NCBI GenBank assembly: GCA_963716145.1
Contig: OY970292.1
Span: 268,104-332,103 of the forward strand
Length of the DNA: 64,000 bases
Origin: Candidatus Levyibacteriota bacterium
GTDB taxonomy: Bacteria > Patescibacteriota > Microgenomatia > Levybacterales > UBA12049
Reading direction: 5' to 3'
This document shows, piece by piece, positions 1-9,565 of this stretch (position 1 is the first letter of the stretch; the number at the start of each line of letters is the position of its first letter). A program made the translations under genes and the position numbers. The notes beneath the pieces are model-generated. The model searched no databases, was not told where the DNA came from, and saw only the letters and a program-made list of their open reading frames with translations.

Positions 1-1033
1 TCTTGATATTTGTCTGATATCAAACTTCTGAATATCTATCGGTTTTTTTCCTATAGATTCTAAAAAACTTGTGCATTTTTCATCGTATGTAATACCCAGA
101 AAATCAATTCTGTTGCGGTAAGAGAAGATAGCGGCGTGAAGACGCATAGAAATAAAAGAGTCCATAAGCTTAAATGAGGAGAAGAATTTAATAGGAAAAA
201 ATCCTGGGGGTACAATAATCATTGATCTTCTTATGTCTAAGTTTTTTCCAAGTGTTTTATAAATTTTTTGAGCAAATTGTTCATCATTAAAATAGCCATT
301 CTGATAGTCGCAAGCATAAAACCAAAAAGTCGTATCTTTATAATTTTTGTTTAACATTTTTTCTATTTCTGATAGAAGATACTTCTCTTCTTTAACACTG
401 TCAGGCTTAAGTAAAGCAAGTCCCATATTTTTCATTTTGGAATTATATTTTTTCTTAAAAAACTTATCTTTTAGTACTTCCGATTTTGCAGCAAGATTCA
501 TTAAGTAACTATTGTCTTTGTATAACCCTGCATGAAGTTTTTTGCTTTTCAGGTAGACAAACGAATGATAATCTCTGACTGTTACAATCTCAGCAAAACG
601 CAGCAAGTGTGTTGCAATGGATAGTATGATTGGATTTGAATTTTTATATATACCAAGACCCATTGCATATATTTTCTTTTTATAAATCCTAGGTATGATA
701 AAATATAAAAGCAGCATGTATAGCTGGTATATGAATCCAATAATTCCGCGGTCAGCCTTACATATGATTCCTCCACCACCTACAATTACAAAGTTTGACT
801 TTCTAACCTGTCTTATAATTGTCAATAACGAATATAATGAGATTGCTTTTACTTTATGAAGACTTTCTGTATTTTTTGGATTGCGGGAAACTACGCTTAC
901 TTTTAGATTTTTAATTTTACTCAGTTCATATATTTCTCCCGCCAGAATTGCTTCATCTCCTAAGTTCATAGCGCCAAAATTTCCAAAGATTACGCCACTT
1001 CTTTTTCCAGTTGGAAGGCTTTTTTTAATCATG
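1..1033 (-). CDS. polysaccharide pyruvyl transferase family protein (5' partial, runs off window)
   Basis: Hand translation of the minus strand from ATG at 1033 is open to position 1 (the stop lies outside the window, so it is absent from the ORF track). N-terminal GNFGAMNLGDEAILAGE and C-terminal MRLHAAIFS motifs are typical of the CsaB/WcaK pyruvyl transferase family. Confidence 0.55.
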
Positions 1034-1084
1034 TTTGCAAAATGAAATGTTTTTAAGTTTTTGTATTTATCATTTTTCATATAT

Positions 1085-1975
1085 TTATTTTTTCGTAGAA
1101 AGAGCTATGCTCCAGGTAGTCCCAATGTTGCTTTCTTTTCTAAACCTTGATAAAACATTTATAAAAAAATACGCTGAAAAGTTGATAGGGTTTGAAAAAA
1201 AACATTTTATAAAAGTAAAAAAATAAACTGATTTTGGAATATCATATTCCGGTTTTAAATCAAATTTAAAATATTTTTGCATTTCTAATTTAGAATTTTT
1301 AAACCGATTGGATTGTTTTAGGTGATCTGAAAAATTCCTGGGAGTTTTAAAATATATTGTCGCCTGGTCTATAAATTTAGGCTGAAGGCCCTTATCTCTT
1401 GCTGCAAAATAAAGATATGCATCGTTATTAACTATCTCATTTGGCACGTCTATTGATTTTGCAAAAGCTTGTGATAATCCTAAAAAACAACCTTTGAACA
1501 ACAAATAGTTGTTTCCTGTTCTCCATCTCTTACCAATCTCATAAGTTGCCAAAAGACCGGATTTCATAATTTTTCTAAATATACCTGATGACTTATGCGG
1601 CAATCCATTTATTCCAATAAGTCCGGACTTTTTAATACTAACTGAAGCTAAAATTTTTGATATTAATAGATTGTCGGTTATTATAATATCCGCGTCCGTC
1701 AAAAACAGAACTTCGCCTTTGAACATTTTAAATATCTGATCCAGCCTTGCTGATTTACCAATTCGTTCTTTACCAGTTACAAGTTTTATTTTTTTGCTGC
1801 TTATAGCCCCAACTTTATTAATTGTTGCATCAGTTGATCCATCTGAAATAACAATTATTTCAACAATTTTAAAATCATTCTCTGTTTGCGCGAGTATAGA
1901 CAGCAGCAGCTTTTTAATATTTGTTGATTCGTTATATGCTGGAATTCCAATTGAGACAGTAGTAATATTTTTCAT
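1085..1975 (-). CDS. family 2 glycosyltransferase
   Basis: 296 aa. N-terminal SIGIPAYNE...DGSTD motifs of GT-A/GT2. Co-oriented with neighbouring glycosylation genes. Confidence 0.8.
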   Translation of the reverse strand: MKNITTVSIGIPAYNESTNIKKLLLSILAQTENDFKIVEIIVISDGSTDATINKVGAISSKKIKLVTGKERIGKSARLDQIFKMFKGEVLFLTDADIIITDNLLISKILASVSIKKSGLIGINGLPHKSSGIFRKIMKSGLLATYEIGKRWRTGNNYLLFKGCFLGLSQAFAKSIDVPNEIVNNDAYLYFAARDKGLQPKFIDQATIYFKTPRNFSDHLKQSNRFKNSKLEMQKYFKFDLKPEYDIPKSVYFFTFIKCFFSNPINFSAYFFINVLSRFRKESNIGTTWSIALSTKK

Positions 1976-1984
1976 ATCAATAGA

Positions 1985-4957
1985 TTAGCTACCTGATACT
2001 AAAGACGCGTATGCTGGCTGAGTGATAGACACACTCTTAATGTTGTTGTCTATCAGCGCATGAAATTCCGATGCGCTTTTGTCCCAGTTGAAGTTTTTTG
2101 ACCACACTAGAGCATTTTTAGAAAGTAAATCTCTGTACTCATTATCTGTAATTAATTTCTTCATAGCTCTACTTAATTGTTCAATATTTTTTGGGTCAAC
2201 TAGTAAGCCTGTTTCTCCATCAATCACTGAGTCTATTAAACCGTTAACGCGGGATGCAATTACAGGCGTTCCATTTGCGTTGGCTTCTATGACTGTAATG
2301 CCCCATCCTTCAATTTGTGATGGCTGAACAACTACCCAGCTTTCCTTTAGCATAAGATTTTTTTGTTCTTCAGTAGCTTTGCCAACAAATGTGACGTTGT
2401 TCTCAAGCTTTAATTTAGACACCAATTTTTTAAGCTTAAGATAGCTTTCACCGGTCCCGATAATCGAAAGGGTGGCATTTTGATGGTCCGTAAGGACTCT
2501 TGCGAATGCTTTGATTGCAATATCTATGTTTTTATAATTTTTGAGTCTACCCAAATATAGAAAAGAAGGAGTGACTGTTTTTACGACTTGAGCATTGCTA
2601 TAACTATACACACCGTTAGAAACAATCTCTATATTTTCTGCAGCAGTAAATCCTATTTTAATTATCTCACGTTTGGATGATTCTGAAACTGTAATTATTT
2701 TTTTATTTTTGTAAACAATAGGCATAAGTTTTCCCTCTAAATATGCGGCTGTTTGAAGGAAGGGAAAGTGCAAAAACTCCCTAAATATTTCCTGATGCAC
2801 GTGATGAATTAAAAGTATCACAGGAATCCTTGAGTATAGAGGTGAGAAAAAGGGAATTCCATTTTCGCAATCTATAATCAGGTCAACTTTTTTCCTAAAA
2901 ATGAACATATAGTATAAAAAGGCAAAAAGATAAACCGTATATGTTCCGCCTCTTCTTATAATCTCAACCCCGTCCACCTTTTCATTTAATAGACTTTTGT
3001 TGTCATTTCCGCAAAAGACCGTTACCCGGCTTCCGGTTTTAACCCACCTTTTAGCAAGCTCATGTATATAAACCTCAGCACCTCCTGCGTAAATATGTCC
3101 CGTGTCACGCCAATTAAAAATTAAAATATGATTAAGTCTGTTCTGACTCTTTTCAGGGAAGTGCGTAGTAAGTAAATTGTAGATACTTAGAACGTTCATT
3201 TTCATACTTACAACTACTGAATTGAGACCGGTTACAATCAATTGAAGAACAGGATGAAACGTCATCGTTCCATCAAGTGCGTACTTTTTGTATTTGTTTG
3301 CTAAATGGAGGCCATGGGTAGTTTTTTCCCAATAATGAGGTTTTGCTATGAGCTGATATAAAGCAATTACTCCCGCCCAGCTCATCAATGCCCAGTAAAA
3401 GGGTATGAAAAAAACATATTTCATTAAGTCCCATTCTTTTTTTCTACCACAGGCGATCATATAGTAATAAACAAACAAAAAATTTCCAAAAATCCATGAG
3501 AATACAGCAATATAAGAAATAGGCGGGGTGTAAACTGTTTCAAGAAGCGGACCAGCGAAAGCATAGGAAGTAAAATAAAGTATGGTAATTATCCACATTA
3601 ACGGGTTTATCAGTACAAACAAAATTTTTCCACCTACAGTAAGCTGGAAAACTATATAGTGAAGTATGCCTTTTTCGTCAATAAAGTCCTTATAATTTCT
3701 TGTGTGTACCAAGTACGTCTGCATGTATCCTTTTAGCCATCTGGATCGCTGCCGTACCCAATTCTTTATTCCGCTCGTTGCTTCTTCTAACGTTGTTGAT
3801 TCAATAACAGCTGTTCGAAACCCTTTTTGAAAAAGTCTAACTCCTAAGTCAGCGTCTTCTGTAACGTTAAAAGGGTCCCATCCCTGAAGGGATTTTAGTC
3901 TTTCTGTTTTAAAATGATTACTAGTTCCACCGAGCGGGAGACTGGAGCTAAATGACTGTAATCCGGTAAGCATTATGTCAAACCACAGCGCGTACTCTAC
4001 TGTAAAAAAGCGTGTTAAGTAGTTTGCTCTCGAGTTATAATAATTAAGCTTTGCTTGAAGACACTGAACATCTTCAGGCACTGTCTGAAAACCAAGATAA
4101 GCCTTTTTAAGCTGCAAAGGGTCAGGAATATCTTCAGCATCATAAACCACTAAATATTCACCAACAGCCAAGTTTAATCCGTAATTACAGGCTTTTGGCT
4201 TGGTTTTGGGAAGAGAAGGAGGGACTATAATTTTCCTAATGTAGGAAGGTAGTATCAATTTATCAAGTATTTTAATTGTTTCTTTATCATCTTCCTCCAG
4301 AAGAAGCAGAACGTCCAATTTTTCTTTTGGGTAATCAAGATTGTTTATAGCTTCTAAGAATTGAGGAAAAATATGCGCTTCTTTATAAAGTGGGCATAAA
4401 ACCGAATAAATCGGGAGTTTTGATTCGTCAATCGATGCCAAATCAGAATTGCTAAATGCCAATTCTCTAGGGCGCTGCATGCTGCTGTATACAACAGCAA
4501 AATTGAAAATAACATCCGCAAAATAGAGAATGCTAACAATTGCGGCAACAAGCTTCAGCGTCAAAATTGGGGAGACTACTAGGCCCAAAACTATAGTAAT
4601 CGCGATCCCTCCAATTGCAGCTTTTTGGATTAGACTAAATGTTTTGGCAGCAGAAAGTGAAAATGGAAGCGTGGTATGGGTGATATATTGTTGCGTGTTG
4701 TAGACAATTCCAGCTCCTGTCATGGAGGAAGCAAATTCAGGAAGTATTGCAGTCACTTGTGGCTTTGAATCTAATTTACCAAGAATTATTGCTGCATAAT
4801 TGCCATACAACTCTCTTAACTTCTCAATTATTGTTAGAAAGTTTTCAGCAGTATTTGCTATCTCAGATCTTAGTGAAGAAATAACACTTCCTTCTGTTCG
4901 TGAGAAATCAACTATAACAACTGCGTTGTTTAGGTCAAAAGACCGTATTATGCTCAT
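1985..4957 (-). CDS. large membrane glycosyltransferase: processive GT2 (QxxRW) fused to C-terminal GT4 domain
   Basis: 990 aa. N-terminal TM segments followed by a GT2 core (DAEDIPDP, TEDADLG, QRSRW), more TM helices, then a GT4 domain (EGWGITVIEANANGTPVIASRVNGL...GETGLLV). Confidence 0.8.
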   Translation of the reverse strand: MSIIRSFDLNNAVVIVDFSRTEGSVISSLRSEIANTAENFLTIIEKLRELYGNYAAIILGKLDSKPQVTAILPEFASSMTGAGIVYNTQQYITHTTLPFSLSAAKTFSLIQKAAIGGIAITIVLGLVVSPILTLKLVAAIVSILYFADVIFNFAVVYSSMQRPRELAFSNSDLASIDESKLPIYSVLCPLYKEAHIFPQFLEAINNLDYPKEKLDVLLLLEEDDKETIKILDKLILPSYIRKIIVPPSLPKTKPKACNYGLNLAVGEYLVVYDAEDIPDPLQLKKAYLGFQTVPEDVQCLQAKLNYYNSRANYLTRFFTVEYALWFDIMLTGLQSFSSSLPLGGTSNHFKTERLKSLQGWDPFNVTEDADLGVRLFQKGFRTAVIESTTLEEATSGIKNWVRQRSRWLKGYMQTYLVHTRNYKDFIDEKGILHYIVFQLTVGGKILFVLINPLMWIITILYFTSYAFAGPLLETVYTPPISYIAVFSWIFGNFLFVYYYMIACGRKKEWDLMKYVFFIPFYWALMSWAGVIALYQLIAKPHYWEKTTHGLHLANKYKKYALDGTMTFHPVLQLIVTGLNSVVVSMKMNVLSIYNLLTTHFPEKSQNRLNHILIFNWRDTGHIYAGGAEVYIHELAKRWVKTGSRVTVFCGNDNKSLLNEKVDGVEIIRRGGTYTVYLFAFLYYMFIFRKKVDLIIDCENGIPFFSPLYSRIPVILLIHHVHQEIFREFLHFPFLQTAAYLEGKLMPIVYKNKKIITVSESSKREIIKIGFTAAENIEIVSNGVYSYSNAQVVKTVTPSFLYLGRLKNYKNIDIAIKAFARVLTDHQNATLSIIGTGESYLKLKKLVSKLKLENNVTFVGKATEEQKNLMLKESWVVVQPSQIEGWGITVIEANANGTPVIASRVNGLIDSVIDGETGLLVDPKNIEQLSRAMKKLITDNEYRDLLSKNALVWSKNFNWDKSASEFHALIDNNIKSVSITQPAYASLVSGS

Positions 4958-5072
4958 AATTAGACACTTTAGGCAGGGGATTTTAAAACTATTATATCTT
5001 ATAGTATCATTTTTGTCAATTAGGAGCGTTTGAAGACAAATCGGTGGTATTCAAACCTAAAATATAGCAATA

Positions 5073-7160
5073 TTAGAGTAGAATCATCTTCAGAGTTTTA
5101 AGCTTTACAGTTAAGCTGTTAGTGTTTGAAAATAAAAATGAAATTTTTTCTTTCTCTCTTGCGAATCTTAATGCAGTGTAAGCAGTCATAGTAGATAAAA
5201 GTATCCAAATATAGTTAAAATTTCCAGTAGTGCTTGATTTACTTGCTGAGTAGGGCAAGAGATAACTTGCCTTATAAGGATTTAGTTTAATGGTGCTTGC
5301 GCCGGCAATTAGTTGATTGTTTTCTACAAGCGTAGCAGTGACTCCTAATACATTAAAAATACTGTCAGAAACAGCCGATATGCTCTCACCGAGTGGCCCA
5401 ACGCTCCCCGTAGCCGTAGCTCTTGCTGTATATTTACCGTTAACTGTTTGTGACAAAACAAATCCTGTTGAGACATGAAGTGTTTTATTAGCTGGAATAT
5501 CCCCCAGGTTAAATTCCGCGCCGCCGGCATCTTTTCCATCTTGAATAAGACGAAGATTTAGCTTTGCTCCATAAATCTTACCACCTCCCGTATTTTTGAC
5601 ATCCACAAAAAATGTAACTGTGTCTCCTGGATTTACGTGATCAGCTACATTATTTTTTGAATCTATTGCCAATGCTCCGCCACTCTCCAGACTTGAATCG
5701 CTGTTATTTGCTGCATTTACTTTATTTTCAGGTTCAGACTGAGCTAGCTGATTATCTGAGGAGGAGTTTGCAATTTGTTTTTGCCCTCCTATATTTCCAT
5801 GCCAATTACCAAAAATGTTCAAAAATCCAAAAAAACCGGTAGAATTTATAAAATTACTGTTAATAAAGTTAATCAGTGAAACCGCGCTAAAAGCATTTCC
5901 GCTGGTTATTTTACCGGATCCTCCATTTATATTGTTTCCACCAGTATTGGCGTTTGAGACAATTTTATTGTTAACAATTGCAGTATTTAAGATTTCCGTG
6001 TCAGGACATAAATCGCAAGTACTACTGTTTTGGTTTTGATCTGAAAGAGCTAAGCTTTCTCCGCCTGGCTGAGCACCAAATTCATACCAACCCACAAAGC
6101 TGCCATCCCAATCTCCCAAAATATTTATAAATAAAGATTCTATGTTTGAATTAACAAAATTTTGATTAACCAAATTCAAAACATTAACAACACTTTTTGC
6201 GTCTCCTGTATTATTATCCGAGCTAGCTGATGCTGTATTTTCTCCGGAATTTGCGCTTGAGTCTACGGTATTGCCTACAACAGCACTGTTTTGAGAATCT
6301 ATGCCTGAGGGACAATCAATGCAATCTTGGTTTTCTGGATTTTCAGGCAGGATTATGTTTCCATTTAAGCTACCGAAAACATTAATTGTTACGATGTGTA
6401 TTGTTGAATTTATAATCGTGAAGTTTACCTTGTTGAGAAGTGAAACAGTAGAATAAGCATTTCCGGTAGATATACTTGAATTCCCTTCACCCGAATCTAC
6501 AATATTATTGCCTGTGTTGGCTGTTGACACAATTGTATTTGTGACATATGCAAAATTACTAACATTCACAACAGACATATTTATAATAGGATCATTTGGA
6601 TGATCCTGAATTGCCTGAGTTGCCAACTTATAAGGATCTGAGAGATTCAAATCACCATTTTGATCTACATAAATATTTATAGTCTGCATCACAACGCTTG
6701 AGTTAACAGAATTCGAGTTGACATCATTTTCAACGCTGGTTACCGAAACAGCATCTCCTGTCGTACTTGTTGATTCTGAGTTTTGAGAATTAGAATTATT
6801 ATTACTCGCGTTATCAGATTTTGGTGAAGACCCCGATGATACATTATTGCCTCCGGTATTTGAAGTCGTAGTCGCTTCAGTACTGACAACTGCCGTATTA
6901 TCATTTGTAGCAGGTGGCGCCTCTGTCGGCGTCACAGACTCATCAAATAATGCAGGGGTTGGCGTAGGGGATACCGAATCATCTGGAGTTGGACTTGGGG
7001 TGTCAGTTGGTGTATTAGTTGGAGTTACTGCAGGTGTTTCTGTAGGTGTGAGGTCAGAAGCTACTTCCTGAGCGTAGGAAATAACAGGATAGCCGGCAGA
7101 ATAAAACAGCATCAAAACCGTAAGACTAATTGCTAAGTATTTTTTAAATATTTTTTTCAT
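5073..7160 (-). CDS. secreted repeat-containing surface protein with putative C-terminal cell-wall sorting signal
   Basis: 695 aa. Signal peptide followed by a Thr/Pro-rich linker (TPTETPAVTPTNTPTDTPSPTP). Three ~70-aa N/S/T/G-rich repeats (NTGxNN...SGxG...SGNAxSxVSL.N..N). A DUF11/CARDB-like segment. C-terminus is LPYSASKS + hydrophobic stretch + RFAREKEK. Confidence 0.6.
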   Translation of the reverse strand: MKKIFKKYLAISLTVLMLFYSAGYPVISYAQEVASDLTPTETPAVTPTNTPTDTPSPTPDDSVSPTPTPALFDESVTPTEAPPATNDNTAVVSTEATTTSNTGGNNVSSGSSPKSDNASNNNSNSQNSESTSTTGDAVSVTSVENDVNSNSVNSSVVMQTINIYVDQNGDLNLSDPYKLATQAIQDHPNDPIINMSVVNVSNFAYVTNTIVSTANTGNNIVDSGEGNSSISTGNAYSTVSLLNKVNFTIINSTIHIVTINVFGSLNGNIILPENPENQDCIDCPSGIDSQNSAVVGNTVDSSANSGENTASASSDNNTGDAKSVVNVLNLVNQNFVNSNIESLFINILGDWDGSFVGWYEFGAQPGGESLALSDQNQNSSTCDLCPDTEILNTAIVNNKIVSNANTGGNNINGGSGKITSGNAFSAVSLINFINSNFINSTGFFGFLNIFGNWHGNIGGQKQIANSSSDNQLAQSEPENKVNAANNSDSSLESGGALAIDSKNNVADHVNPGDTVTFFVDVKNTGGGKIYGAKLNLRLIQDGKDAGGAEFNLGDIPANKTLHVSTGFVLSQTVNGKYTARATATGSVGPLGESISAVSDSIFNVLGVTATLVENNQLIAGASTIKLNPYKASYLLPYSASKSSTTGNFNYIWILLSTMTAYTALRFAREKEKISFLFSNTNSLTVKLKTLKMILL

Positions 7161-7216
7161 TTTTAAGTTTTAAGTTTTAAGTTTTAAGTTTTAAGTTTTA
7201 AGTTTTAAGTTTTAAG
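7161..7216. repeat. heptanucleotide tandem repeat (TTTTAAG)x8 immediately upstream of surface-protein start codon
   Basis: Eight perfect 7-nt units counted directly. They abut the minus-strand ATG at 7160 (read as CTTAAAA repeats ending at ATG). Confidence 0.9.
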
Positions 7217-7225
7217 TTTTTAAAT

Positions 7226-7277
7226 TCTTCTGTCCCGGGGAGAACGCCCAAAGGGCTTTGTCTCCCCGAAGACAGAA
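7226..7277. promoter_or_regulatory. compound stem-loop (nested 7-bp + 5-bp + 4-bp stems)
   Basis: TTCTGTC...GACAGAA outer arms, CCGGGG/CCCCGA inner arms, GCCC-aaa-GGGC tip. Located between the stop of the 136-aa repeat protein and the heptamer repeat. Likely a terminator or regulatory hairpin. Confidence 0.4.
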
Positions 7278-7300
7278 AACAAATATAACATTAGCTAATA

Positions 7301-7711
7301 TTAGTTAATGTTTGTATTAACTACTGTTGTTACACAAGCTGTAGAGCTTGCATTTCCTGTGCTTGATCTATTGCTGGAAAGTAACCCAGCTCCTCCTGTT
7401 GTTAAATTTAAACCAGTGTTTGAAGCAGTATTAACGTTGTTTCCTACTACTCCTACGTTTGTATTAAAACCAGATCCAGTGTTTGTATTTGCAACCGTTG
7501 TTACTGTTGCGTTTGAGCTTGCATTTCCAGTTCTAGATCTATTGCTGGAAAAAAATCCACCAGTTCCCATTGTTGCGTTTAAACCAGTGTTTGAGCTGGT
7601 GTTAACGTTATTTCCAACTAAGGCAAAGTTGAAATTTGCTGCAAATGATGGAACTGCAGATGCAGCTAGCATTACCGCTGCTGCTCCTGTTGCAATTAAT
7701 TTTTTGATCAT
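7301..7711 (-). CDS. small secreted protein with two ~52-aa N/S/T/G-rich repeats (paralogous to repeats of 5073..7160)
   Basis: 136 aa. Signal peptide (AAAVMLAASAVPSFA). Two internal repeats GNNVNTxSNTGLN..T.G.GG..SSNRSxTGNASS.A.VTTV.NTN. Strong SD (AAAGGAGGTGA) 7 nt upstream. Confidence 0.6.
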   Translation of the reverse strand: MIKKLIATGAAAVMLAASAVPSFAANFNFALVGNNVNTSSNTGLNATMGTGGFFSSNRSRTGNASSNATVTTVANTNTGSGFNTNVGVVGNNVNTASNTGLNLTTGGAGLLSSNRSSTGNASSTACVTTVVNTNIN

Positions 7712-7765
7712 TATATTTCACCTCCTTTCGTTTTGGGATAGTTTCGTTTAAACGAATCTAAACAC

Positions 7766-7801
7766 TAAAAAACCGCTGTCTGATTTCTCATACAACGGTC
7801 C
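7766..7801 (-). terminator. rho-independent terminator downstream of sortase gene
   Basis: Minus-strand hairpin ACCGTTGT...ACAGCGGT followed by TTTTTT, 170 nt after the sortase stop. Confidence 0.5.
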
Positions 7802-7969
7802 GCAAAAAATAATTGTGTTATTCTTTTCTTCATAACCTGCCTGAATTATTAGATTTTAATTAATAGATTTTAAAATGATCCGTTGGGGCAGAATTAGCGA
7901 GCAGCGTGTATATTTTTACACCTAAAACGATTTTCTGTCAATAGCCTATAAAGTTTTATTAATTTTCTC

Positions 7970-8578
7970 TTACAGATGCGGGGCAGCGGTTACAATTAAT
8001 CTTTTTTCGTCATTGTAACCTGTACATGTGTAAAGAGTAAGCGTTTCTTTTTTTGTGGGTTCAATAGCCTCCTTTTGATTAGGATATACTGCCGCTATTT
8101 TATTGACTTTGTAGGAATACCATTTATTTTTGGTAAATACATAAATACTATCTCCATTTTTTATATCTTTTAAATTGTAAAATAGTCCCGCTCGAGCATG
8201 AGCAAAAATTACAGTATTTGAATGTTGACCCGGTGTTCCACTTCCTTCACCATATGAAGCATAAGTTTCTGATGTTTCCCAATAACCGTCAACAATTTTT
8301 GCAGGGATAACTTTAAGGTCAATATCAGACTTAGGGATGATTACTCTGACCGGGATATTTTGACTACTTGCTGAGTTAAGCAATTCAGGACTAATAGTGA
8401 TGGGGTTTTTGCTGACACGCTTTGGTAAAAATGAAGGGATCAACAAAACAGTAAGAGCAAGTAACAACAAGATTACTCCAATTATTTTATTTGCAATCAG
8501 ATAAAAAACATTTCTTTTTGGAGGTAAGACCTTTTTCTGAGTATGTTGCTTGGAGTTTTTAGATTTACTCTTAGGCAT
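7970..8578 (-). CDS. sortase (transpeptidase)
   Basis: 202 aa. N-terminal TM anchor. Catalytic His (VIFAHAR), TLxTC motif (TLTLYTCTG) and downstream Arg (RLIVTA). Confidence 0.85.
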   Translation of the reverse strand: MPKSKSKNSKQHTQKKVLPPKRNVFYLIANKIIGVILLLLALTVLLIPSFLPKRVSKNPITISPELLNSASSQNIPVRVIIPKSDIDLKVIPAKIVDGYWETSETYASYGEGSGTPGQHSNTVIFAHARAGLFYNLKDIKNGDSIYVFTKNKWYSYKVNKIAAVYPNQKEAIEPTKKETLTLYTCTGYNDEKRLIVTAAPHL

Positions 8579-9002
8579 TCTTGATGAGGAACTTGCGAGC
8601 TGCCAAGCTTAATCCAAGCGCCGCAAACAATTGCGCAAATTCAATGTATCCGTTTTGCTTTGAGCTTGTATGAGAAAGCCCCTGGACTGCTTGAATAGCC
8701 GGCTGAGGAGAACTCGACCTTCCATCTGATCTACCATCGGACCTTCCATCTGATCTACCATCTCCCGGACCACCTGTATTATTGTTAGATGGAGGAGATG
8801 TTGGTGTTGGTGTGGGAGCTGAGGTTGGTTGAGCTAAAGTAGGAGTAACACAGTCGCAAGGAGGTATTGTAATCGGAAGTGATGGCAATATTATAGTTGG
8901 GACATTGCAATCATTACACTGTGCAGTAACCGTATTGGATGACAAAACTGGCGCAAGCCATAATGCAGCAAAAATTAAAATAAGAGCGAAAAGTTTTTTC
9001 AT
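8571..9002 (-). CDS. secreted Cys-rich protein with PT linker and (DGRS)4 repeat
   Basis: 143 aa. Signal peptide. Four Cys in CNDC...CDC. PT-rich linker. Four exact DGRS repeats. C-terminal LSHTSSK + hydrophobic stretch + ARKFLIK tail. Overlaps the sortase start by 8 nt (operon). Confidence 0.55.
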   Translation of the reverse strand: MKKLFALILIFAALWLAPVLSSNTVTAQCNDCNVPTIILPSLPITIPPCDCVTPTLAQPTSAPTPTPTSPPSNNNTGGPGDGRSDGRSDGRSDGRSSSPQPAIQAVQGLSHTSSKQNGYIEFAQLFAALGLSLAARKFLIKNA

Positions 9003-9124
9003 AACAAAAAAGTTAATGGGCAGAGTTTGGGGCAGTTAGTTTTTGGAGTATATTATAAAATTTCCTATTTGTCAACATCCAATTTAAGTTATATAATAAA
9101 AAGCATAATTGATTTTTACTCTGT

Positions 9125-9562
9125 ATGAAAAAACTTCTACAAAAATATAATCACAATATTCCATATGTCACACTTGTCTTAACAATTGTATCCACCCTGG
9201 CTAGCCTTTATTTTAGTGAGGTTTTGCACCTTATTCCGTGTGTTCTTTGCTGGTATCAAAGGATCGCGATGTATTCCATGGTTCCCGTTATAACAGTTGG
9301 AATCCTGTTAAAAGATAAAAATCTTCCCCTCTATATTTTACCCCTGAGCATAATTGGGTGGGGGATTGCGCTTTATCACAATCTATTGTATTACCATTTT
9401 CTGCCGGAAAGTATTGCACCATGTACTGCAGGTGTGTCCTGCACAAACCGATTTTTTCAAATCTTTGGATTTATTGATATTCCGCTAGGATCATTTATCG
9501 CCTTTACATTAATTAACATTTGTATGATAATATATCTTAAGAATTTAAAAATTAAAAAATAA
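9125..9562 (+). CDS. bdbC: disulfide bond formation protein B (DsbB/BdbC family)
   Basis: 145 aa with four TM segments. IPCVLCWYQR motif and a second Cys pair (CTAGVSC). Strong similarity to Bacillus BdbC. Confidence 0.7.
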   Translation: MKKLLQKYNHNIPYVTLVLTIVSTLASLYFSEVLHLIPCVLCWYQRIAMYSMVPVITVGILLKDKNLPLYILPLSIIGWGIALYHNLLYYHFLPESIAPCTAGVSCTNRFFQIFGFIDIPLGSFIAFTLINICMIIYLKNLKIKK

Positions 9563-9565
9563 ATT

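Noticed and set aside
7161-7216. CRISPR array
   Set aside because: The units are 7 nt with no spacers. It is a microsatellite, not a CRISPR.
7308-7751. 147-aa plus-strand ORF (also 6847..7071, 5815..6039 and similar)
   Set aside because: These are antisense to the repeat-protein genes. Their length is a by-product of low-complexity N/S/T/G codons and they have no start context. Treated as spurious, as are the other short antisense ORFs inside long confirmed genes.
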